From: an uncultured bacterium
GTDB taxonomy: Bacteria; Fidelibacterota; Marinisomatia; Marinisomatales; JAHJCW01
Reading direction: 5' to 3'
DNA length: 64,000 nt
Assembly (NCBI GenBank): GCA_964634215.1
Contig: CAZWKR010000007.1
Location: 35,244-99,243 of the forward strand
In this document: positions 51,478 to 59,698 of the stretch, piece after piece
Layout: each line of letters begins with the position of its first letter
Position numbering within the stretch: the first letter of the stretch is position 1
Notes under the pieces: model-generated
Seen by the model: only the letters and a program-made list of their open reading frames with translations
What the model was told of the DNA's origin: nothing
The model's database searches: none
Translations under genes and position numbers: made by a program

Positions 51478-54273
51478 TTGTCATTCCAATTAATAACCAA
51501 AATAGTTATTAAGATATTAATCAGCATTATTTTAGTGCCTATTGTATATGCTCAAAATATTTATCATGACCCCAACATATCTTGGGATACTATTAAGTCT
51601 GAACATTTTAATGTTCATGTCCCTGCAGAACACATAAAATTAGGATTAAAAATTATCGATATTTGTGAGAGAGTTTATCCAATTGTAAGTAATTCATTAG
51701 ATTATAATCCCAAGCTCACTCATGTGATAGTTCATACAGAAAATGATGAATCGAATGGAATAACAAGTTCTTTCCCGTGGCGTATGGAATTATTTGTGAC
51801 TACTCCCCAATCTGTTATAACAGGGAAAAATATCACTTGGTTGGAAAATTTAATTTTACATGAGTTTACCCATATTGTGCATTTGAGAAAACACAAAGGT
51901 ATATCATCTTTAACTAAGCCATTTCTTGGCGACTTTAATGCTATTTGGCAAATGATTACTCCTGTGTGGTTTACTGAAGGGATTGCAACTCTTAACGAAA
52001 CTCGACTTGGGAGTGGAGGCAGAGGTAGAAATCCACATTTTTGGATGCAAATGGCATCTCCCATTTTCAATGATAATCCTTGGAAATTAGACAATACAAA
52101 TTATTATAGCAGAAAGAAATTGCCCACAACTCTTATGCCATATATATCCGGTTACTACATCATGGACGATGTAAGGCGTGATTTCGGAGAATATGTTTGG
52201 GGAAGAATATTAAATCGATATTCTTCATATCCGATGTTCGGGTTTAAAAATGCTGTTAAATCTGTTGCCGGTCGAAATGTTAATTTTATTTATGATGAAG
52301 TTGTTAATGAATTTAAAACTCAAGAGAGTTCAAGTAGCATTAATCATGATTTCAAGATATGGTTTGACTCAGATTTAATTGAAGGGCAATATTCCCCACG
52401 ATGGTTCAATGAAAATAATATATTATTTTATCAAAAAGGAATAAATAAAACGCAAAAAATAGTAAAGGTGAATCGCAGTGGCGAGGTGAAAGACCTGTTG
52501 GAAAGAAAGGTTTCTAATCTTGATAATAGTTTCACTTTTAACGACAATGTAATTTATACTTCAGAGCAACATATTGATCCAAGATATTCGGCTACAAAAT
52601 ATTTGGATTTACATTCATATGATTTAAACAATAACAGTAATAAAAGATTAACTCATAAAAAACGTTTATACAGTATAGATATTTCATATGATAATGCAAT
52701 ATTAATTGGTGTACAAACATTCCTGCCTTACAACCGTCTATCATTAATTGATAGTGAAAATGGAGATATACTGCAGAATATAAATTTCGATAAATTTACA
52801 GTTTTAAATCCGAGATGGTCTCCATCTGGGAATCAAATTGCAATTACTTTGCAAGACAGTGTTGGTACTGTAAATATTGCAGTGTATGATTTAACATTAA
52901 ATAAATGGAGATATCTTTATCAGCCAAATTTGAATCAAGATAACCATCCTTGTTGGTCGTTAGATGAAAAATATATTTATTTTTCATCAAATCAATCAGG
53001 TATTTTTAACATTTGGGCTGTAAATGTAAGAACGGGTGAACGCTGGATGATTACTGACGTAGAATTGGGTGCATATACACCTGATGTCTCACCTACAGGC
53101 AATGAGATAGCATTTTCAGTTTACACAGCAAATGGATTCCGAATTGTTACTCAAAATTTAGATATTTCTACATGGGTCAATAGTAACAAAATTATAAATG
53201 AGAATAAATTACTGTATTCAAACGGAGAAACAATTTTCAGTGATATTGAGAGTAGTGAGAATCAACAATACTCGGTCACAAAATATTCTCCATTGTCTCA
53301 AATAATAAAGCCACAGGGCTGGATACCATTTATTTATGATGATGAAGGAGGTCTGGGAATCGCTGCATATTTAAGAGCTGAAGATGCATTACATAGACAT
53401 CATTGGTATGGTAGATTCGGATTGTCATTGAATCGAAAAGCACCGGCATTTGATATGTCTTATTTATATTCTAAATATTGGCCAAAAATAAATTTCCGAC
53501 TATATAATTTACCGAGAAGAGTAAAAAATGATAATGAAATTGGATGGTGGAGAGAAAATGGCTTTGATTTTGGTGTGACAGCACCGCTAACCCTGGAAAA
53601 TAATATATTTAAAACTATTTCACAATTATCCATGCAGTATATTCAGAATCAGCAAATAAAATCTCAAGGGAATATTGATCCTAATCAAAAATTATATCGA
53701 GGAGTTAGATTAGAATTTAAATTTAATCGTTCTAGTTATATTTTTAGGAATATTACACCTTATATGGCATGGCTATTCAATTCAAAAATTGAAGTATCTA
53801 ATTCGTCGATTTATAGCGATTATAGTAGTCGTCGTTTTTCAACAGAATTAGATATATTTTTACCTATTTTCAATAGAAGTAATTTAGAATTATATTTTGG
53901 CTATTTGGTGAGGAAAGGAGATTATGACTATTTCAATGATTTCCTCCCGTTGGGTTTTTCAACAAATGATAATGACAAACAATTTCGTATTTCCGCTTCA
54001 TATTATCAACCATTAGTTTTTCTAGAGTGGCAAACACCAATAATTCCAATATATATAGAATATATTTATTTAAAACCGTTCATTGATTATAGTATTGGCT
54101 ATTTAAACACTTCAAGTTTATCTGATATTAGCATTGTTCATTCAATCGGCATGCAAATATCAACAAGGAACATTATTTATTATCGTTATAGTTTTGAAGT
54201 CGGGATAAACGTATACAAAAAATCAATTAGCAAAAATGTAGAATACAATCCATTTATTCGGATCAATTTATAA
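51478..54273 (+). CDS. Large exported/outer-membrane protein: HExxH zincin-like domain, TolB/PD40 propeller, C-terminal beta-barrel
   Basis: Signal peptide (..VYAQ); HEFTH plus WFTEGIA; P.WSP.G and PDVSPTG repeats; beta-rich C-terminus. Confidence 0.75.
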   Translation: MSFQLITKIVIKILISIILVPIVYAQNIYHDPNISWDTIKSEHFNVHVPAEHIKLGLKIIDICERVYPIVSNSLDYNPKLTHVIVHTENDESNGITSSFPWRMELFVTTPQSVITGKNITWLENLILHEFTHIVHLRKHKGISSLTKPFLGDFNAIWQMITPVWFTEGIATLNETRLGSGGRGRNPHFWMQMASPIFNDNPWKLDNTNYYSRKKLPTTLMPYISGYYIMDDVRRDFGEYVWGRILNRYSSYPMFGFKNAVKSVAGRNVNFIYDEVVNEFKTQESSSSINHDFKIWFDSDLIEGQYSPRWFNENNILFYQKGINKTQKIVKVNRSGEVKDLLERKVSNLDNSFTFNDNVIYTSEQHIDPRYSATKYLDLHSYDLNNNSNKRLTHKKRLYSIDISYDNAILIGVQTFLPYNRLSLIDSENGDILQNINFDKFTVLNPRWSPSGNQIAITLQDSVGTVNIAVYDLTLNKWRYLYQPNLNQDNHPCWSLDEKYIYFSSNQSGIFNIWAVNVRTGERWMITDVELGAYTPDVSPTGNEIAFSVYTANGFRIVTQNLDISTWVNSNKIINENKLLYSNGETIFSDIESSENQQYSVTKYSPLSQIIKPQGWIPFIYDDEGGLGIAAYLRAEDALHRHHWYGRFGLSLNRKAPAFDMSYLYSKYWPKINFRLYNLPRRVKNDNEIGWWRENGFDFGVTAPLTLENNIFKTISQLSMQYIQNQQIKSQGNIDPNQKLYRGVRLEFKFNRSSYIFRNITPYMAWLFNSKIEVSNSSIYSDYSSRRFSTELDIFLPIFNRSNLELYFGYLVRKGDYDYFNDFLPLGFSTNDNDKQFRISASYYQPLVFLEWQTPIIPIYIEYIYLKPFIDYSIGYLNTSSLSDISIVHSIGMQISTRNIIYYRYSFEVGINVYKKSISKNVEYNPFIRINL

Positions 54274-54290
54274 ACCAATAATTTATAAAG

Positions 54291-54346
54291 AAAAATCGGG
54301 CTAATCTTGGTTAGTATAGGGATACAACGGATGTAGCCCGATTTTT
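54291..54346. terminator. Large-loop hairpin / bidirectional terminator between convergent units
   Basis: AAAAATCGGGCTA...TAGCCCGATTTTT 13-bp stem with a 30-nt interior. Confidence 0.65.
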
Positions 54347-54350
54347 TATT

Positions 54351-54413
54351 TGAGATAAGCTGAGGAAATATCGTTATCTGAAAGGTGAGGAAAAACGATA
54401 TTACATTATCTCA
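54351..54413. ncRNA. Candidate structured RNA element carrying two unpaired TGAGGAAA (UUUCCUCA on the minus strand) motifs
   Basis: Nested stems TGAGATAA/TTATCTCA and AATATCGTT/AACGATATT; TGAGGAAA at 54361-54368 and 54386-54393. Confidence 0.4.
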
Positions 54414-54570
54414 ATTTATTTGATCTTATTACCAACGATCACTTGTGCCTGAATTAGCCATATTACAATTCCTCGTTATAAGTTTAAAAATTATTTTATC
54501 CATTATAGATTACTTAAAAATTAAATCTCAATTTATTTGATCTTATTACCAACGGTCGCTTGTGCCTGAA
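54408..54570. repeat. Pair of 46-bp direct repeats (54408-54453 and 54525-54570), offset 117 bp
   Basis: ATCTCAATTTATTTGATCTTATTACCAACG(a/g)TC(a/g)CTTGTGCCTGAA. Both mismatches are synonymous in the sORF frame. Confidence 0.9.
54429..54461 (-). CDS. 10-aa peptide MANSGTSDRW (sORF)
   Basis: GAGGA-8nt-ATG GCT AAT TCA GGC ACA AGT GAT CGT TGG TAA TAA; paralog of the adjacent sORF. Confidence 0.65.
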   Translation of the reverse strand: MANSGTSDRW

Positions 54571-54578
54571 AATAACAT
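54546..54578 (-). CDS. 10-aa peptide MLFSGTSDRW (sORF)
   Basis: GGAGAG-5nt-ATG TTA TTT TCA GGC ACA AGC GAC CGT TGG TAA TAA. Confidence 0.65.
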   Translation of the reverse strand: MLFSGTSDRW

Positions 54579-54629
54579 AATATCTCTCCAATTTATAATT
54601 AAAATATTTGAATAATTAATACTCATTTT

Positions 54630-54815
54630 TTATCCATTACTACTTTGACCTGAACCATTGGCGCTTTGACCTGAACCATTGGCGCTTTGACCTGAACCGT
54701 TCGAACTTTGTCCTGAATTGTAATCATCTTCACTTGATAATGGGTTTGTGAAGTCACTGCATGCTGTCATCAACAGCGTTGTTAAGGCGATTAAAACGAT
54801 CATTCTTAATTTCAT
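54630..54815 (-). CDS. Small lipoprotein (about 61 aa) ending in four SGQS(S/A)NG heptapeptide repeats
   Basis: Lipobox LMTAC; 21-bp tandem repeats at 54633-54716. Likely start ATG 54815, preceded by TGAGGAAAA; the track start is 54827. Confidence 0.75.
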   Translation of the reverse strand: MKLRMIVLIALTTLLMTACSDFTNPLSSEDDYNSGQSSNGSGQSANGSGQSANGSGQSSNG

Positions 54816-55066
54816 TATTTTCCTCATTTGTTTGTTTATTTATTTCTACCAACAGTGTGCAATATTATAAAGTAATGACGAAAATTTCAAGATATTTAAA
54901 TATTTGATATTGAATGTAATAATATATTACGTTATCTAATTGTTTAGAAACGTTTCCGATTAATATTGAGCTTATTCAAATACATTGTAATTATTGTTGC
55001 TGGCGTTGTAAAACTGTAAATTTTTAAAAGAAAATGTTAATTTTAACAGATTAAAGGAATATTATA

Positions 55067-55411
55067 ATGGAAGAATGTCTATTTTGTCGAATTGTAAAAA
55101 AAGAAATACCTGCAAAAATCGTATTTGAAAATGACAAATTATTAGCTTTTAGGGATATAGAACCACAGGCTCCAGTTCATATTCTAATCATCCCAAAAGA
55201 ACACATTACTACTACAAATGATCTTAATACCAATCATAAAAAATTGGTGGGGGAAGTATTGTTAACAGCAAAAAGACTGGCTGACGAATATAATATTGCA
55301 AATGATGGGTATAGAATGGTATTTAATTGCAATAAAAGCGGAGGACAGGCTGTCTACCATATTCACTTGCATTTACTTGGTGGTAGACAAATGAAATGGC
55401 CTCCAGGTTAA
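55067..55411 (+). CDS. hinT: Histidine triad nucleotide-binding protein
   Basis: CLFC, PQAPVHILIIPKEH, GQAVYHIHLHLLGGR and WPPG motifs. Confidence 0.95.
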   Translation: MEECLFCRIVKKEIPAKIVFENDKLLAFRDIEPQAPVHILIIPKEHITTTNDLNTNHKKLVGEVLLTAKRLADEYNIANDGYRMVFNCNKSGGQAVYHIHLHLLGGRQMKWPPG

Positions 55412-55485
55412 ACTAATATCGCACTTAGATATTCACAAATATTTCCGTAAACTTTCAGTCTTGATTCTAATTGAAAACAGACTAA

Positions 55486-58400
55486 ATGTATATATCACAA
55501 CTTATAATTAACGGGTTTAAAACATTCAACAATAAGACTTCGCTTGAATTTGGCGACGGAATTACTGCTGTTGTTGGGCCAAATGGTTGCGGTAAGACTA
55601 ATATCGTTGATGCAATAAGATGGGTCTTGGGTGAGCAGAAATATAGTACTTTACGTAGTACTAATATGGAAGGTGTAATATTTAATGGTGCAAAAGGTAT
55701 AAAACCTCTGAGTGTGTGTGAAGTATATTTAACCGTTAAAAACGATAAGGGTAAATTACCAATTGAATATACTGATGTTGAAATTGGTCGCCGTGTTTAT
55801 CGCGATGGGGAGAGTGACTATTTTATCAATCGTACATCATGTCGATTAAAAGATATTAATAATCTTTTCGTCGATACCGGAATGGGGGCAGACTCATATT
55901 CTGTTATTGAGCTGAAGATGATTGAGCAGATTTTATCGGAAACCGATTATGAACGTAAGTTCCTTTTTGAAGAAGCTGCCGGTATAAATAAATATAAAAC
56001 CCAAAGAAGATTATCTATTAAGAAATTTGATGCAACAAAATTTGATTTGGAAAGGATCAATGACATAATCAATGAAATTGATACAAAAGTCAAAGGATTA
56101 AATCTCCAATTAAAACGGTTTAAACGACATTCAATCTTGGTTGAAAATCTAAAAACCAATGCAGTAGATCTTAGTACACTTCAAATTAATAAATATTTAT
56201 CTGCAAGTGAACCATTAAGAAAAAAAATTGAAGAGGTTTCCCATCTAAGAGATAAAAAAAATTCTAATCAAGATTTTAGTGAAGCTGAATTGATCAAACT
56301 TCGCGCATTATATGATGAGCAAGTTGGTGAGATAAATTCAATAAGAAATGAATTAGGGAAAAGAGATGAGGATAGAGAAGATGCCCGTCAAAAAATATTA
56401 ATTTGGCAAGAAAAAAATAATTCAGCAGATGAAACTATTGAACGGTTAAAGATTGAAACCGACTCCAATAAATCCCGGATAGAAAATTATAAAAATATTA
56501 TTACTGAAAAGATAAATGAATTAAACTTAATATTACCCACAATTGATGAGAGATTATCAAAATTTAAAATTGAGCAAGAAAAGTTTAACAAAATAGAAAA
56601 TACTTATAAAAATGAGCAAAATATTGTTGATGGTATTCAGACAGATAGATGGGAATTACAGAAGAAAATATCCGAAAATAAATCACTTACAATTAGCACA
56701 GAATCATCAATAAAAGAACGTTTATCACTCATGGAAAGGTTAAACCATAGAATTAAATCTGAGACGGAATTATTTGGACAACTTAAAATTGATGAGAAAG
56801 AATATAAGAATAAATATAAAAAAGCAAATGATAGTTCAACTGAACTATCTCATAAAAAGGTAGATGTAGAAGAAGAATTAAGTAAAATTAATCAAGGTCT
56901 AATTAAAGTAAAATCAGAAAAACAATCGCAAGTGGCCAAATTGGAATCTTTATCCAATCAGTTGCAATTTTACGAAGAGTTAATGGTCTCTCAAGCAGAC
57001 TTACCTGGCGGTTTAAAATATGTTTTTGATAATAAAATTGAATCAGGTTCAGTAATTGGAACAATAGCAGATATATTCGCTATTGATGATAAATATGAAG
57101 TAGCAATACATGCAGCGTTAGGTGAATTTGTCCATAGCCTTGTTTGCAAAGATCGGGAATCGGCTATGCGTGTATTAAAGGAAATTCATGGAAAGCAAGC
57201 TGGAAAGATTTCAGTAATTCCATTTGAAGAAGTCAAAAATAATAGTACAGAATTGTCTGCCATTCCTAAAAATGATTTAATTATTGGTAGAGCCAGTGAT
57301 TTAATAAAAACGGAAAGTCAATTTAGGTTATTAGCTGAACTATTACTTGGTAATACAATGATTGTTAAGGATTTGAATAAAGCAGTATTGGATTCAAATT
57401 TGTCAGGATGGATATTAATTGATTTAAATGGAGTATCATTTAACAATAATTTAATCTTTAAAAATCCCGGTTCAGGTAAGAATATAATTATTGGAAGAAA
57501 GGAAAAGGTTGAATTATTAGAAACAGAAATTGACAAAATTGCAAGAAATATTAAAGAACAAGAGATTGAAATTTCCAAATTTGATGCAAAAAAGATTGAT
57601 TTGGATACTAATATGGTTAGTATAATTAAACAAATTGATTCAGATAAAGATAAATTTGACAAACTCAATGCCGATTATCAGCGAAACAAATTCGAGATTG
57701 ATAGTAAACAGAAGAATATAACTGAAGCAAAAAATGAATTAGTGGAAGTAGGTCAATCTATAAATGATCTAGAAAATTTATTACAATCATTATTTAAAAA
57801 TGTTGAAAACGCTGAAAAACTTTTTTCAGGAATACAATGTAAATTAGATGATGCGAATGAAAAATTACAAGAATCGCGCAGTCAGCGAGATTCACATCAT
57901 CAGAATATACAGGACTTGAGAATTGAATTATTAAATCTTGAAAATAGTCGTGATAATTTAAAATCACAAAGAAAGACAGCGGATAATACAACAATTGAAA
58001 TTGAAGAAAGACAATCTAAAATTATTGATGATATAAAAGCTATAGTCGAAAATTCAAAAAAGCGTACAGAAGAAATAAATATAAAAGAAAAAGATTTGAT
58101 TGGGATTAACACAGAGTTGAAAAAAAGCAAAGCATTGTTAGACTTGAAAGAACAAACATATCGCGATACTTATTATTCAATCGAAAAAATCGAAAATAAA
58201 ATTAAGTCGGAACAGAAAAATCGTGAATCAATATTGGAGGAATTGAAGCAATGCGAAATTGCTATTGTGGAATATAAGCAAAAGATAAATGCTATTAAAG
58301 AACGTATTGATGAGCGATACAATGTAGTTGTTCCTCATGCAAATAAAATTGACAAGACTGAGGAAGAATTGGAGAATGATATAGCGCGATTAGAGCGAAG

Positions 58401-59004
58401 TATAGAAAGTATTGGTCCAGTTAATATGGCGGTTCAAATGGAGGTTGAGGAAGAATCTAAACGTCTAGAACATTTAATTGCTCAGCGCGACGACCTTATT
58501 GAATCAGAAGAAAATTTACGTGAATCAATAGAAAAAATAGATCGTATAGCTCGTAAACAATTCCGTGAAACATTTGATCATATCAAAGCAAATTTCGAAA
58601 ATCTATTTACGGTATTTTTTGAGGGTGGGCAGGGGACTCTTGAGTTAATTGGTGATCCTGATCCACTTGAAGCAGACATCGCCATAAGGGCACAACCACC
58701 TGGGAAACGTAATCAAACTTTAAGGATGTTATCAGCCGGAGAAAAATCGCTTACGGCGATAGCATTGCTCTTCTCAATCTATCAATACAAACCAAGTCCA
58801 TACTGTATTTTAGACGAAATTGATGCACCATTGGACGACACAAATGTTGGAAAATTTACTCGTGCTTTAAAAAGTTTTACCAAAGACACACAGTTTATTG
58901 TAGTCACGCACAACAAGCAAACAATGGAAGCAGCTAATTATTTATACGGAGTGACGATGGAGAAGAAGGGTGTTTCTAAGTTGGTTTCCGTAAAATTTGA
59001 TTAA
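55486..59004 (+). CDS. smc: Chromosome segregation protein SMC
   Basis: GPNGCGKTN Walker A, coiled coils with hinge, LSAGEK signature and ILDEIDAPLD. Confidence 0.96.
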   Translation: MYISQLIINGFKTFNNKTSLEFGDGITAVVGPNGCGKTNIVDAIRWVLGEQKYSTLRSTNMEGVIFNGAKGIKPLSVCEVYLTVKNDKGKLPIEYTDVEIGRRVYRDGESDYFINRTSCRLKDINNLFVDTGMGADSYSVIELKMIEQILSETDYERKFLFEEAAGINKYKTQRRLSIKKFDATKFDLERINDIINEIDTKVKGLNLQLKRFKRHSILVENLKTNAVDLSTLQINKYLSASEPLRKKIEEVSHLRDKKNSNQDFSEAELIKLRALYDEQVGEINSIRNELGKRDEDREDARQKILIWQEKNNSADETIERLKIETDSNKSRIENYKNIITEKINELNLILPTIDERLSKFKIEQEKFNKIENTYKNEQNIVDGIQTDRWELQKKISENKSLTISTESSIKERLSLMERLNHRIKSETELFGQLKIDEKEYKNKYKKANDSSTELSHKKVDVEEELSKINQGLIKVKSEKQSQVAKLESLSNQLQFYEELMVSQADLPGGLKYVFDNKIESGSVIGTIADIFAIDDKYEVAIHAALGEFVHSLVCKDRESAMRVLKEIHGKQAGKISVIPFEEVKNNSTELSAIPKNDLIIGRASDLIKTESQFRLLAELLLGNTMIVKDLNKAVLDSNLSGWILIDLNGVSFNNNLIFKNPGSGKNIIIGRKEKVELLETEIDKIARNIKEQEIEISKFDAKKIDLDTNMVSIIKQIDSDKDKFDKLNADYQRNKFEIDSKQKNITEAKNELVEVGQSINDLENLLQSLFKNVENAEKLFSGIQCKLDDANEKLQESRSQRDSHHQNIQDLRIELLNLENSRDNLKSQRKTADNTTIEIEERQSKIIDDIKAIVENSKKRTEEINIKEKDLIGINTELKKSKALLDLKEQTYRDTYYSIEKIENKIKSEQKNRESILEELKQCEIAIVEYKQKINAIKERIDERYNVVVPHANKIDKTEEELENDIARLERSIESIGPVNMAVQMEVEEESKRLEHLIAQRDDLIESEENLRESIEKIDRIARKQFRETFDHIKANFENLFTVFFEGGQGTLELIGDPDPLEADIAIRAQPPGKRNQTLRMLSAGEKSLTAIALLFSIYQYKPSPYCILDEIDAPLDDTNVGKFTRALKSFTKDTQFIVVTHNKQTMEAANYLYGVTMEKKGVSKLVSVKFD

Positions 59005-59044
59005 CTAGTGCATCTTTTTTTCACTATCAACGGATGTTTAAAGT

Positions 59045-59698
59045 TTAATTTAAATAGACTATCAACCTGCCATTAATTGTCACATCTGAGAAACCAAATT
59101 TCTCCATTATCCAATGAATTGTTTCCTTATGATAAAAAAATACATGGGTTTTGTCACTTATGTAATCCCAATTATGAAAATCAATACTTTCGTTGTAAAT
59201 ATTAGTCATACAATAAAGCTTTCCATTTTTCAGCAATAATTTCTTTAACAGTTTGAATTCTTTCTTAGGATTATGAAAATGCTCAATTACTTCGCAACAA
59301 GCGATATAGTTATATTGATCCTTTAATAAATTGGGATAGTTATGAAAGAAAGGATCATATAATTCAATCTGAAAATCATTATCTTTTAATATCTTTGAAA
59401 TAACTGGACCGGTTCCTGCCCCAAAATCGAGTCCTTTATGACTTGCAATAAAATCTCTCATAATAGTTGAAGTAATTGGCATCACAAACTTTTGATATCC
59501 ATCATCTTCAATATCGTTTTGATGTTTTTGATAACGTAGTATTTCTGTTTTTTTATCAGGTCTTAGTTCTTTGTCAGTAAAAATGCCATAACAATTAGAA
59601 CACTGATGATAGAGTTGTTTTCCAAATTGATAAAAAACAGTACTTGCACTATCGCAGAGTGGACAATAATTCATAGTATTGTTTGAATTATCTATCAC
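59045..59698 (-). CDS. Class I SAM-dependent methyltransferase with N-terminal Zn ribbon
   Basis: CPLC..CSNC, GLDFGAGTGP, YDPFF, EVIEHF and THVFFY motifs. Confidence 0.85.
   Translation of the reverse strand: MIDNSNNTMNYCPLCDSASTVFYQFGKQLYHQCSNCYGIFTDKELRPDKKTEILRYQKHQNDIEDDGYQKFVMPITSTIMRDFIASHKGLDFGAGTGPVISKILKDNDFQIELYDPFFHNYPNLLKDQYNYIACCEVIEHFHNPKKEFKLLKKLLLKNGKLYCMTNIYNESIDFHNWDYISDKTHVFFYHKETIHWIMEKFGFSDVTINGRLIVYLN

Noticed and set aside
54408-54570. Direct repeats as a possible mini-CRISPR array
   Set aside because: Only two 46-bp copies with a 71-bp gap, no cas genes in the window, and the repeat is better explained by duplicated sORFs.
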